A stretch of DNA of 64,000 bases from the NCBI GenBank assembly GCA_964644675.1, contig CAZXWK010000001.1:50430-114429 (forward strand), given 5' to 3'. How positions within the stretch are numbered: position 1 is the stretch's first letter; each line of letters opens with the position of its first letter. Below, in pieces: positions 1-9,332 of this stretch. This stretch comes from an uncultured Eubacteriales bacterium (GTDB lineage: Bacteria; Actinomycetota; Coriobacteriia; Anaerosomatales; JAAXUF01). Both the position numbers and the translations under genes were made by a program. The notes beneath the pieces were generated by a model. That model was not told where the DNA came from. It saw only the letters and a program-made list of their open reading frames with translations, and made no database searches.

Positions 1-1
1 C

Positions 2-424
2 TACCTCGAGGAGACCGGCCGCTACGCGCACGTCATCGCGGACGGCGGCATGCGCACCGGCGGCGACCTCGCCAAGGCCATCGCGTGCGGCGCCGACTCG
101 ATCATGATCGGCTCGCCGCTCGCCGCCGCCTCCGAGGCGCCCGGCCGCGGCTACCACTGGGGCATGGCGACCTTCCACCCCGACCTGCCGCGCGGCACGC
201 GCGTGCGCGCCGGCGTGAAGGGCACGCTCGAGGAGATCCTGCTCGGCCCGGCGCACCAGAACGACGGCACGCTCAACCTGCTCGGCGGTCTGCGCACCTC
301 GATGTCGACCACCGGCTACGAGAACCTCAAGACGTTCCAGAAGGCCGAGGTCATGGTCGCCCCGTCGCTCCAGACCGAGGGCAAGGTCCTGCAGAACTCG
401 CAGGGCGTCGGGATGGGTCGGTAG
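2..424 (+). CDS. GuaB3-type IMP dehydrogenase-related protein, C-terminal part (5' end outside window)
   Basis: The frame is open from base 2. The translation [41 protein letters not shown]...GYHWGMA matches the TIM-barrel C-terminus of IMPDH-family GuaB3 proteins. It lies directly upstream of guaA, as in actinobacteria. Confidence 0.8.
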   Translation, partial: YLEETGRYAHVIADGGMRTGGDLAKAIACGADSIMIGSPLAAASEAPGRGYHWGMATFHPDLPRGTRVRAGVKGTLEEILLGPAHQNDGTLNLLGGLRTSMSTTGYENLKTFQKAEVMVAPSLQTEGKVLQNSQGVGMGR

Positions 425-430
425 CGCCCG

Positions 431-1981
431 GTGACGACGCAGCACGAGAGCCAGCCCACGGTCTTCGTCCTCGACTTCGGCGCCCAGTACGCGCAGCTCA
501 TCGCGCGTCGCGTCCGTGAGGCCCGGGTCTACAGCGAGATCGTGCCGTACGACATATCCGCCGAGGAGGTCGAGCGCCGCGCACCCGCGGCGCTCATCCT
601 TTCGGGTGGCCCCGCGAGCGTGTACGCCGAGGGCGCGCCCCACATGGACCCGCGCGTGCTCGAGCTGGGCATCCCGATCCTGGGCTTCTGCTACGGCATC
701 CAGGAGATGGCGCTCCAGCTGGGCGGCTCGATCCCCAAGACCGACATCGGCGAGTATGGCTTCGCCGAGCTCACCGTCACCGACCCGTCGTGCTCGCTGC
801 TCGCGGGCGTGCCCGAGGTCAGCCAGGTGTGGATGAGCCACCGCGACAGCGTCGGCACGGTGCCCGACGGGTTCGTCGTGACCGGCCGGACCGCCACGAC
901 GGCGGTCGCCGCGATGGAGGACCCGACGCGCAAGCTGTTCGCGACCCAGTTCCACCCCGAGGTTGCGCACACCGAGTTCGGCCAGCACATCATCCGGACG
1001 TTCCTGCACGAGATCGCGGGCATCCCGCCGCTGTGGACGATGGTCAACATCATCGACGACGCCGTCGACTCGATCCGCGCCCAGGTGGGCGACGCGAAGG
1101 TCATCTGCGGGCTGTCGGGCGGCGTCGACTCGAGTGTGGTGGCCGCGCTGCTGCACCGGGCGATCGGCGACCAGCTCACCTGCGTCTTCGTCGACCACGG
1201 CATGTTGCGCCTCAACGAGGCCGAGCAGGTCGTGAAGACGTTCCGCGACGGGATGGACGTCGAGCTCATCCACGTAGACGCGGAGGACCGCTACCTCGAT
1301 CTGCTCGCCGGCGTGACCGACCCGGAGCGCAAGCGCCACATCATCGGCGAGGAGTTCTGGAAGGTCTTCTTCGACGAGGCGACCAGGCTCGAGGGCGTCA
1401 AGTTCCTCGCGCAGGGGACGCTCTATCCCGACGTCATCGAGAGCGGCAACAAGACGGCCGCCAAGATCAAGAGCCACCACAACCTGATCCCGTTCCCGCC
1501 GGGCGTGCACTTCGACCTCATCGAGCCGCTCAAGGCGCTCTTCAAGGACGAGGTCCGCGCGGTCGGCACCGAGCTGGGCCTGCCGGACGAGATCGTGCAC
1601 CGGCAGCCTTTCCCCGGCCCCGGCCTCGCGGTCCGCATCATCGGCGAGATCACGCACGAGAAGCTTGAGACGCTGCGCCACGCCGACGCGATCGTCCGCG
1701 AGGAGATCGGCGCGTGGGACACCGGCCGGGAGGTCTGGCAGTACTTCGCGGTGCTGCCCGACATCCGCAGCGTCGGCGTCATGGGCGACGAGCGCACCTA
1801 CGGCCACCCGATCATCATCCGCGCGGTCTCCTCGGCCGACGCGATGACCGCCGACTGGGCGCGCCTGCCCCACGACCTGCTCGCCAAGATGAGCAACCGC
1901 ATCATCAACGAGGTCGACGGGATCAACCGCGTCGCCTACGACATCACGAGCAAGCCCCCCGGCACCATCGAGTGGGAGTAA
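431..1981 (+). CDS. guaA: GMP synthase (glutamine-hydrolysing)
   Basis: 516-aa ORF with a GTG start. It has a GATase-1 domain (GFCYGIQ), the PP-loop SGGVDSSV, and the typical C-terminal dimerisation end ...KPPGTIEWE. Confidence 0.95.
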   Translation: MTTQHESQPTVFVLDFGAQYAQLIARRVREARVYSEIVPYDISAEEVERRAPAALILSGGPASVYAEGAPHMDPRVLELGIPILGFCYGIQEMALQLGGSIPKTDIGEYGFAELTVTDPSCSLLAGVPEVSQVWMSHRDSVGTVPDGFVVTGRTATTAVAAMEDPTRKLFATQFHPEVAHTEFGQHIIRTFLHEIAGIPPLWTMVNIIDDAVDSIRAQVGDAKVICGLSGGVDSSVVAALLHRAIGDQLTCVFVDHGMLRLNEAEQVVKTFRDGMDVELIHVDAEDRYLDLLAGVTDPERKRHIIGEEFWKVFFDEATRLEGVKFLAQGTLYPDVIESGNKTAAKIKSHHNLIPFPPGVHFDLIEPLKALFKDEVRAVGTELGLPDEIVHRQPFPGPGLAVRIIGEITHEKLETLRHADAIVREEIGAWDTGREVWQYFAVLPDIRSVGVMGDERTYGHPIIIRAVSSADAMTADWARLPHDLLAKMSNRIINEVDGINRVAYDITSKPPGTIEWE

Positions 1982-2082
1982 CCCCCGCCGAGAAGCACCG
2001 AGAAGCACCGACAGACGCAGAGCCTCCGGCGCGGACCCGAACAGGGCCGCGCCGGTGCTATTCTGGAAGACGAGGTGAACCG

Positions 2083-3102
2083 ATGACCGCGAATCGCAGC
2101 AGGATCGGGACAGGTACGGGTGGCCGCGCGCCGAGGGTGTTCTCGGCGGTGCTCGCGAGCGTGCTTGTGCTCGCGCTGCTGCCGGGGTCCGCGTTCGCGG
2201 CGTCCAGGCCGCCCGTCAGCGTGCCCTCGGCGACACTCATGACGATCGACGGTCAGCAGATCTGGGCGCGCAAGCCCAACGCCCCGCGGCGCGTGGCGAG
2301 CACGATCAAGATGCTGAACGCCCTCGTGGTCATGGAGAACGCTTCGCTCGACGACACGGTCGTCGTCGCCGCGAAGGCAGCGGCGATCGACAACGGTGAC
2401 GTCGGGCTCTACAAGGGCCAGAAGCTCACCGTGCGGCAGCTCCTGCAGATGATGCTCGTGGCCTCGGCGAACGACGCCGCCGAAGCGCTCGCGATCCACA
2501 TCGCGGGCAGCGAGAAGGCGTACGTGCGGATGATGAACGAGAAGGCCGCCGAGATCGGGCTGAAGAACACGCGCGCGGCCGACCCGCACGGGCTGAGCAA
2601 GAAGGAGAAGTCAACGGCGCAGGACCTCAGCGTGCTCGCGCGGTACGTGATGGCCGACCCCGAGCTGCGCACGATCGTCGCGATGAAGCGCGTGAGTGTC
2701 CCGCGCAGGAAGGGCAAGGCGCGCTGGTACCGCTCGACCGACGCGCTGCTCGGCAAGTATCGCGGCATCGAGGGGGTCAAGACCGGCTTCACCAACCCGG
2801 CGGGCTACTGCTTCGTCGCGGCCGCCAAGCGCGGCGACGTCGAGCTGGTCGCGGTCGTGCTGGGCGCCAAGTCGAATGCGGCGCGCTTCAGCGAGGCGCG
2901 CAAGCTGCTCGACTGGGGCTTCAAGCACTATGTCCCGGCGCCCGTCGTCGTGCCCTCGGGTGACACGAGCGGCACGCCCACGGCATCGTCGGCGGTGCCC
3001 GCGTTCAGCCAGCAGGCGACGCACGTGTACGCGCAGCTCGCCGAGCTCGACGGCGGCGGGGATTCGTCGGTCCCGACGGTCACGGTGATCCCCGCGTACT
3101 AG
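2083..3102 (+). CDS. D-alanyl-D-alanine carboxypeptidase (serine-type, PBP5/DacB-like), secreted
   Basis: ATG at 2083 follows GAGGTGA. It has a signal peptide (...[10 protein letters not shown]) and the SxxK (STIK), SxN (SAN) and KTG (KTGFT) motifs. The longer ORF from 1714 overlaps guaA and was not used. Confidence 0.85.
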   Translation: MTANRSRIGTGTGGRAPRVFSAVLASVLVLALLPGSAFAASRPPVSVPSATLMTIDGQQIWARKPNAPRRVASTIKMLNALVVMENASLDDTVVVAAKAAAIDNGDVGLYKGQKLTVRQLLQMMLVASANDAAEALAIHIAGSEKAYVRMMNEKAAEIGLKNTRAADPHGLSKKEKSTAQDLSVLARYVMADPELRTIVAMKRVSVPRRKGKARWYRSTDALLGKYRGIEGVKTGFTNPAGYCFVAAAKRGDVELVAVVLGAKSNAARFSEARKLLDWGFKHYVPAPVVVPSGDTSGTPTASSAVPAFSQQATHVYAQLAELDGGGDSSVPTVTVIPAY

Positions 3103-3263
3103 CGATCGCGCGGTTCTCGGCGATTCGGCGCCGCTCCCGGCTGCTCTCGCGCCGTTCGCGCCCGGCAGCGGCCATCGCGACCGCACGCCGGCGCTCCATC
3201 GTCTACACTGTCGTGAACCGCCGACCGCGGTGTTCTCGGCACGAATATGCAAGGGAGTCAGTC

Positions 3264-3545
3264 ATGACCGACCAGAGCAACTCGGCGCAGGAGCGGATCG
3301 CCGAGATCCGCGGCCGCATCGACGCGATCGACTGCCAGCTCGTCAAGCTCCTCAACGAGCGCGCGCAGTGCTCGCTCGACATACGCGCCCTCAAGCCCGA
3401 CGCCCACTGGGGCCTCTACGACCCCAAGCGCGAAGAGGAGATCTTCGCCAACGTCGCCAAGTGCAACGAGGGCCCGCTGTACGCCGAGAACCTCCGCGAG
3501 ATCTACGAGGCCATCCTCCACGTCGCCAAGGAGATGAGGGGCTGA
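3264..3545 (+). CDS. chorismate mutase (AroQ class, small helical)
   Basis: ATG at 3264 follows AAGGGA. The translation [33 protein letters not shown] is typical of AroQ chorismate mutases. The stop overlaps the next start (TGATG). Confidence 0.8.
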   Translation: MTDQSNSAQERIAEIRGRIDAIDCQLVKLLNERAQCSLDIRALKPDAHWGLYDPKREEEIFANVAKCNEGPLYAENLREIYEAILHVAKEMRG

Positions 3546-4342
3546 TGGCGGCGCAGGAAGCGGCAGCCATCGGGGCGATCACGCGCGACTCCGGCTTCAC
3601 GATCATCGCCGGCCCGTGCTCGGTCGAGAGTCTCGAGCAGATGCGCGAAGTGGGCGCCGCGCTCAAGGAGCTGGGCGTCAAGGTCATGCGCGGCGGCGCC
3701 TACAAGCCCAGGACCTCGCCGTTCTCGTTCCAGGGCCTCGAAGAGGAGGGCCTGAAGATCCTGCGGGCCGTCGCCGACGAGTTCGGTCTCCTCGTCGTCA
3801 CCGAGGTCACCGACTCCGCCCACGCCGAGAAGGTCGACGCCTACGCCGACATTCTGCAGATCGGCACGCGCAACATGGCGAACTTCAGCCTGCTGAAGAA
3901 GATCGGCGAGGTCACCGCCGAGAGCCGCAAGCCGGTCGTGTTCAAGCGAGGCATGGCCGCCACCATCGAGGAATGGCTGCAGGCGAGCAACTACATCACC
4001 ATGTTCGGCAACGAGAACGTCGTGCTGTGCGAGCGCGGCATCCGGACCTTCGAGACCTCCACGCGATTCACGCTCGACATCACGGCGGTCCCCGTGGTCA
4101 AGAAGCTGTCGCTGCTCCCCATCATCATCGACGTGTCGCACCCCACGGGGCAGGCCGATCTCGTTCCCGCCGTCTCGCGCGCCGCGGTCGCCGTGGGCGC
4201 CGACGGCATCATGGTCGAGGTGCACCCCAACCCGCGCGAGGCGCTGTGCGACGGCCCGCAATCGCTCGACTTGGAAGGATTACGAAACCTTGTCGGCGAA
4301 CTACGCAGAGTAGCCTCGGCGGTAGGGACCGAGCTCGTCTGA
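3545..4342 (+). CDS. 3-deoxy-7-phosphoheptulonate (DAHP) synthase, type I-beta (KDO8PS-like subfamily)
   Basis: The translation [20 protein letters not shown]...[19 protein letters not shown]...ILQIGTRNM...DVSH is the core of type I-beta DAHP synthases. It is translationally coupled to the chorismate mutase gene. Confidence 0.88.
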   Translation: MAAQEAAAIGAITRDSGFTIIAGPCSVESLEQMREVGAALKELGVKVMRGGAYKPRTSPFSFQGLEEEGLKILRAVADEFGLLVVTEVTDSAHAEKVDAYADILQIGTRNMANFSLLKKIGEVTAESRKPVVFKRGMAATIEEWLQASNYITMFGNENVVLCERGIRTFETSTRFTLDITAVPVVKKLSLLPIIIDVSHPTGQADLVPAVSRAAVAVGADGIMVEVHPNPREALCDGPQSLDLEGLRNLVGELRRVASAVGTELV

Positions 4343-4462
4343 TCGTGGGGCGCGCCGGGCGTCGAGGCCGGGGCATCGCCCGCGCGAGGGGTGCGGGCGT
4401 CTCGACCGACGATCGTGGGTGCGATCCGCGTGGGGTTCCCGGGGCATGCTCATAGACGTCAG

Positions 4463-4642
4463 ATGTGCTCGCACTGCGGCAGCAGGGACGCGCGCGAACT
4501 CGGCGAGTGCTCGGTCTGCCACAAAGCCGTCTGCGAGATGTGCGGGAGCGTCCAGATCGCCGCGGGCGAGCGCAAGATCATGCACCGCGAGTGCATCAAG
4601 AAGGACGGCGGGCAGTTCCGGATGATCAAGTTCGTGAAGTAG
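4463..4642 (+). CDS. small cysteine-rich (zinc-ribbon-like) protein, function unknown
   Basis: 59 aa with CSHC, CSVC, CEMC and HREC pairs and non-shadow amino-acid composition. The start is uncertain: the ORF is open from a GTG at 4391 and there is no clear RBS before 4463. Confidence 0.45.
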   Translation: MCSHCGSRDARELGECSVCHKAVCEMCGSVQIAAGERKIMHRECIKKDGGQFRMIKFVK

Positions 4643-4648
4643 CCGCCC

Positions 4649-5908
4649 GTGGTCGCCGACCTTGTCTTCCCCGAAGGCTTCCTGTGGGGCGCCGCGACGT
4701 CCTCGTACCAGATCGAGGGCGGGGAGACCAAGACCGACTGGGACTCGTTCGCTGCTGCCGGCCGGCTGCTCGAGCCGCGGGGTGACGCGTGCGACTCGTG
4801 GAACCGCTGGGCCGAGGACCTCGACCTCGCGGCCGAGCTCGGGCTCAACACCTACCGCATCTCACTCGAATGGGCGCGCATCGAGCCCGAGCCGGGCTGT
4901 TTCGACGACGATGCGCTCGCTCACTACCTCGACGTGGTGCGCGGCATCCGCGAGCGCGGGATGCGATCGATGGTCGTGCTGTGGCACTTCACCAATCCGG
5001 CGTGGCTCGGCGTCTCGGGGCGTGTCTGGCACTCGGACGCCGCCGCGAGCGCCTTCGAGCGTTACGCGCGGCACGTCGCCGGGCCGCTCGCGCCACACGT
5101 GGACTGGTGGGCGACGCTGAACGAGGCGAACACCTACTCGAGCCACGGATGGCTTGAGGGCGACTGGCCCCCTGGGCACCGTCACGACTGGCCGGGCGGG
5201 TTCCGTGTCTACGAGTACCTCAGCAGGGCGCACAATCGCGCGTACGCTGCGATCAAGCACGAGGCGGGCGAGAGTGCACGGGTCGGCCTGACTCACGTCA
5301 TGCCCTGGACGCACCGCGCGGCGGTTCGCGGGGGGTTCTCGGCGGGGATGCAGGCGTACTGGCGCTGGCTCGGCGTCCACCACTTCCTCGACAAGTGCCG
5401 CGGGGCGATGGACTGGCTGGGCGTGCAGTACTACTACGACTCGCCGACGCGCATGCTGCGGCTGGTCGACCGCGACGGCAGCACGCCGCCCCGCACCGAT
5501 ATGGGCTGGCGCATCGCACCGGAAGGGCTCTACCACGTGGTGCGAGAAGCGAGCGAACGCTACCGGGTTCCCATCATCGTGACCGAGAACGGGCTGGCCG
5601 ATGCGGCGGACACGCAGCGGGCGCGCTTCATCGTCGACCATCTGCGCTGGCTCGGCCGGGCGATCGACGATGGGGCCGAGGTGCTCGGCTACCTGCACTG
5701 GTCGATGCTCGACAACTACGAGTGGGCCTTCGGGTACGGGCCGAGGTTCGGGCTCACCGAGGTCGACTACGCGACGCAACGGCGCACGCTGAGGCCTTCG
5801 GCGCGGCTCTACGGCGAGATCGCGCGGACGAACCGGGTCGCCGCCGACGCCGCGCTCGGGCTGGCGTACGCGGACGGAACGGGGCCGCTCGGACCCGAGG
5901 CGGGCTGA
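4649..5908 (+). CDS. glycoside hydrolase family 1 (beta-glucosidase-like)
   Basis: GTG start. The N-terminus FPEGFLWGAATSSYQIEGG, the acid/base LNEAN and the nucleophile VTENG are GH1 signatures. Confidence 0.85.
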   Translation: MVADLVFPEGFLWGAATSSYQIEGGETKTDWDSFAAAGRLLEPRGDACDSWNRWAEDLDLAAELGLNTYRISLEWARIEPEPGCFDDDALAHYLDVVRGIRERGMRSMVVLWHFTNPAWLGVSGRVWHSDAAASAFERYARHVAGPLAPHVDWWATLNEANTYSSHGWLEGDWPPGHRHDWPGGFRVYEYLSRAHNRAYAAIKHEAGESARVGLTHVMPWTHRAAVRGGFSAGMQAYWRWLGVHHFLDKCRGAMDWLGVQYYYDSPTRMLRLVDRDGSTPPRTDMGWRIAPEGLYHVVREASERYRVPIIVTENGLADAADTQRARFIVDHLRWLGRAIDDGAEVLGYLHWSMLDNYEWAFGYGPRFGLTEVDYATQRRTLRPSARLYGEIARTNRVAADAALGLAYADGTGPLGPEAG

Positions 5909-6104
5909 CCGTCGGGCGTGACCGCGGCGCCGGGAAGGACTCGTGCCGCCCGCGTGCGGTACGCTGTTCACGTTGATTCAGTCAAGTCGGGGCGCGTTCT
6001 CTCCGATGAGAACCTATGTACGACCGGTCCCGGAGGGCCGGCCGGGACTGTGCCCGTTCGCAGCCGGGTCGACCCGCACGTGCCATACCCGTTTAGGGGG
6101 ATCC

Positions 6105-9100
6105 ATGAAGCGCTCATACGGACTCATCGTCGCCGCGGTCACCGTCGCCATACTGTTGGCGGCACCCGCATCGGCACTCGCTTTCCAGGTGACTGGAGGC
6201 GGAGGCAACCAGACGCAGAACCCGTACGGGTACTGGTACGCCGGCAAGGAGGCGTGCGCGCAAGAGGGGTGTCACTCGGCGATCGCGGCGGTCAAGACCC
6301 CGCACAGCGAGATGGTCAAGGACATCGGCGCGAACCCGGGGCAGCTGTATCCCGCTGCGGACAGCGGTCACTGGCCGTTCACGAGCCCGATCATCGGTGG
6401 CATCTCGGTGCTGCCGCGCGACATCTACCTGCAGGTCGGCGACGACGAGGGCTTCCTGGAGTACATCGGTCAGGAAGGCAACTCGAAGGCCGTCAACGTC
6501 AAGCCGACCGACGACCTGCCCGTGTGGAGCCCCGCCAACTGGCTGATCGCCGAGGACAGGCTCGAGGCGCAGACGTCGAAGATGGGCAACGGCGTATACG
6601 GCCAGAGCTGCTCGCAGTGCCACAACGTGGGCCAGACTCGTCCGGCGAACGCGAAGTACACGCTGCCGAGCGGAGCGACGCAGACGACCAACACTCCGAC
6701 GACCGTGAGCGAGCTCGGCATCCAGTGCGAGGCGTGCCACGGGTCGGGCAAGGTGCCCGACGGCCACAAGAAGGGCGTGCCCGGAGTCGTGGGCGGCTAC
6801 CAGGTCCTCAAGGCCCAGACGTGCGGCCAGTGTCATGTGAGCGGAGCAACGCCGCAGCTGAACGTGGGGGGCACCGCCTTCGGCAACCCGAACGGCTTCA
6901 CGACCGACCAGAAGCTCTCGGACTACCTGACCGCGTACTCGGTCGTCGAGACCGAGGGCCAGATGATGAAGTACGTGAACAACCCGAGCTGGCCGGGCGG
7001 GACCAAGCCCAGGTTCCTGCCCAACGGGGCGGACTTCTCGATGCGGCACACCTACTACAACGAGTGGCTGGTCAACAAGACGCCCGTGCCCTCCGGCGGA
7101 GAGCACGGTCACGCCGATCCGCTCAACAACGAGGTCCGGACGGCCGCCGCGGCTGGGGACACCACGTGCCTGAAGTGCCACTCGGGTCTCGCGTTCCTCA
7201 ACCGGGTCGACGCGAAGTCGCCGTCCGGGACGCGCATCGTCGGGACGTTCCCGAGTTGGGCCACGGTCCAGACCGACGACCCCGGAATCTCGTGCATGGT
7301 GTGCCACACCGGTCACGTCGCCAAGAAGGAGGGCGGCGGCTACGACAGCCTCCGCCGCAAGGGCAACGGTGAGACCGTCGAGTGCACCGACTGCCATAAC
7401 TGGCAGTACGAGGCGCTCGGCAAGAGCGTCCAGTACGAGGCCATCGACGGCACCGAGTACGCCCGACCGGCCGCCAACGCCCGCGTGAACTACGCGCAGC
7501 GCGAGATGTTCTCGGGCGGCAAGGGCGGCAGCGACGGCACGGGCGGCATGTGGGGCGTCGAGCCGATGGAGTCGGGCATGCCCGACGTGGAGTGCCGGGA
7601 CTGCCACATGCCCCGCACGCACAAGGAAGGCATGCCCACGACCGACGACGGCTCGACGACCGGCACGCGCATGTCGCACCGGTTCCACGTCGTCTTCCCG
7701 GGCGACGCGAAGCGGTGGAAGCTCCGCCCCAACGGCGATTCCTGCACGGCCTCCTGCCACGAGCAGGACGCCTCCGAGTGGACCAGGGATGACTTCCAGG
7801 CGTGGATCGACCAGAAGCGCTCGAGCGTGACGACGGCCACGGACGACGCCACCGGCACCCTCGGTGCTGTCGCGACGGACCTGGGCCTGGCGGGCGGATG
7901 GACGAGCTTCATGGCGTCGAAGCCGACGGTCGGTCCGGGCTCGGCACTGTCGCCGGCCGTCTGGGCGATGCTGCAGCACGCGGCTCAGAACTGCGACTTC
8001 GTCGTCACTGACGGTTCGGGTGGCATCCACAACCCCGCGTACGCGACCGCCGGCCTCCAGAAGTCCTACGAGTGGGCGCTCGCCTACGACGCGTCCTTGA
8101 GCGCCGCGATCGTCGGCGGCAAGCCGGTCGACGGCAGCGGGTTCCAGGTCGAGGGCACGCTGCTGGGCCTGGGCGACGAGCCGATCGCGGGCGCCGAGGT
8201 GGCGCTCGAGGTCTACCAGGGCGGGGTCTGGACCCAGATCGACCAGGCGACGACCGACGCGAGCGGCGACTACACGTTCGATACGGGCGTCCTGCGCGGC
8301 ACGTTCCAGCTGCGCGCGGCCTACGTGCCGTCATCGGGCGTGTCCGTGACCTCGACGCCCATCGACGTCGTGATTCCCGAGACGGTGTGCGATCTCACGC
8401 CGGCCGGGGCCGGTTCGTCGTGGGTGGATGCTGCGTCGGTCCAGGTACAGCTCACGTCGAGCAGCGGCATGAAGTTCTACTCGCTCGCGGGCGCGACCAC
8501 GCTCGCCCCGACGCTCTACACCGGTCCGTTCACCATCAGCGCCGAGGGCGAGACGTCGATCCGCTTCTGGTCGGCCGACGCCGATGGGCTCGAGGCGCCG
8601 CAGGTCCAGGGCGTCCACATCGACCGCGCCGCGCCGGTCCTCTCGAGCGACGCCGCATCTGGCTACCTCGAAGGCGCGTCGGTGCGCGTATCCGCCTCTG
8701 ACTCGGGAGCGGGCGTCGCCAAGCTCGAGTACTCGCTCGACGGCGGGCCGCTGTCGACGGCGAGCAGCACCTGGGCGGTCTGCACGACCACCGGTCTCGG
8801 TTCGCACACGGTCGCCGCGCGCGCGACCGACGTCGCCGGCAAGGTGACGAGCGCGTCGTGGACGTTCGCCGTCCGGACGACGCCCGCGCTCGCGAAGTCG
8901 CCTTCGAAGAGCACGGTGAGCGTCCGGTACAAGAAGTACTGGGCGCCCAAGGTGACGGTCACCGCCCGCGGTGGCGCGGTCGCCGGCAAGCGTGTCGTGC
9001 TGCAGCGGTCGAGCAACGGGCGCACGTGGTCCGACTACGCCTCCTTCACGACGAACGCGTCTGGGCAGGCCTCGGCGTCCATCAAGATGTCGAGGCGTGG

Positions 9101-9185
9101 CACCACCTACTGGCGTTGGATGTCGCCCGAGGACGCCTCGTACGTCGGTGTGACCACCGCGAAGACGAAGGTGTCCGTCAGGTAG
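6105..9185 (+). CDS. secreted multihaem c-type cytochrome with C-terminal Ig-like/carboxypeptidase-regulatory-like surface domains
   Basis: ATG at 6105 follows TAGGGGG. Signal peptide MKRSYGLIVAAVTVAILLAAPASALA. Seven CXXCH motifs start at 6609, 6726, 6822, 7167, 7293, 7383 and 7593. There is also a CX4CH (6255-6275) and a CX3CH (7743-7760). The C-terminal ~400 aa are beta-rich with Ig-like repeats (e.g. AAPVLSSDA...VRVSASDSGAGVAKLEYSLDGG). Confidence 0.85.
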   Translation: MKRSYGLIVAAVTVAILLAAPASALAFQVTGGGGNQTQNPYGYWYAGKEACAQEGCHSAIAAVKTPHSEMVKDIGANPGQLYPAADSGHWPFTSPIIGGISVLPRDIYLQVGDDEGFLEYIGQEGNSKAVNVKPTDDLPVWSPANWLIAEDRLEAQTSKMGNGVYGQSCSQCHNVGQTRPANAKYTLPSGATQTTNTPTTVSELGIQCEACHGSGKVPDGHKKGVPGVVGGYQVLKAQTCGQCHVSGATPQLNVGGTAFGNPNGFTTDQKLSDYLTAYSVVETEGQMMKYVNNPSWPGGTKPRFLPNGADFSMRHTYYNEWLVNKTPVPSGGEHGHADPLNNEVRTAAAAGDTTCLKCHSGLAFLNRVDAKSPSGTRIVGTFPSWATVQTDDPGISCMVCHTGHVAKKEGGGYDSLRRKGNGETVECTDCHNWQYEALGKSVQYEAIDGTEYARPAANARVNYAQREMFSGGKGGSDGTGGMWGVEPMESGMPDVECRDCHMPRTHKEGMPTTDDGSTTGTRMSHRFHVVFPGDAKRWKLRPNGDSCTASCHEQDASEWTRDDFQAWIDQKRSSVTTATDDATGTLGAVATDLGLAGGWTSFMASKPTVGPGSALSPAVWAMLQHAAQNCDFVVTDGSGGIHNPAYATAGLQKSYEWALAYDASLSAAIVGGKPVDGSGFQVEGTLLGLGDEPIAGAEVALEVYQGGVWTQIDQATTDASGDYTFDTGVLRGTFQLRAAYVPSSGVSVTSTPIDVVIPETVCDLTPAGAGSSWVDAASVQVQLTSSSGMKFYSLAGATTLAPTLYTGPFTISAEGETSIRFWSADADGLEAPQVQGVHIDRAAPVLSSDAASGYLEGASVRVSASDSGAGVAKLEYSLDGGPLSTASSTWAVCTTTGLGSHTVAARATDVAGKVTSASWTFAVRTTPALAKSPSKSTVSVRYKKYWAPKVTVTARGGAVAGKRVVLQRSSNGRTWSDYASFTTNASGQASASIKMSRRGTTYWRWMSPEDASYVGVTTAKTKVSVR

Positions 9186-9240
9186 CGAGATCGCATCGCG
9201 CGCGAGGCTACGGCGCGACGCGATGCTGAACGAGCTTTCG

Positions 9241-9267
9241 AGGAGCGCCCTTTTCGGGGCGCTCCTC
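9241..9267 (+). terminator. stem-loop downstream of the cytochrome gene (candidate intrinsic terminator)
   Basis: AGGAGCGCCC-ttttcgg-GGGCGCTCCT is a perfect 10-bp inverted repeat, followed by cccgTTTgg (weak U tract). A second GC hairpin lies at about 9193-9226. Confidence 0.5.
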
Positions 9268-9332
9268 CCGTTTGGCGACCGACCGCTCTCGACCCCTCCC
9301 GAGCGCAGTTCCGAGTGGTACACTTCCGTCCC

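Noticed and set aside
1714-2082. N-terminal extension of the carboxypeptidase ORF overlapping guaA; similar 5' extensions of other genes
   Set aside because: The extensions are R/P/G-rich and overlap upstream genes. Internal starts with an RBS and proper signal peptides or N-terminal motifs fit better. The other affected ORFs begin at 3230, 5943, 17663, 18382, 20900, 32914, 34785, 35924, 46795, 52620, 53935, 55605 and 60359.
4514-4528. CSVCH in the small Cys-rich protein as a haem-c attachment site
   Set aside because: The protein has no signal peptide or TM segment for export. The Cys residues pair into CxxC knuckles typical of zinc binding.
6114-8030. 638-aa minus-strand ORF opposite the multihaem cytochrome gene, plus several other long ORFs of the same kind
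   Set aside because: The same shadow-ORF signature (R/A/G/P/D-rich, no motifs) applies. The other cases are 32962-35196(-), 50809-53004(-), 56000-58546(-), 47293-48906(-), 44646-46394(+), 58494-60443(+), 24448-26145(+), 41495-43081(+) and 39894-41456(+). In every case the opposite strand carries a gene with clear family motifs.
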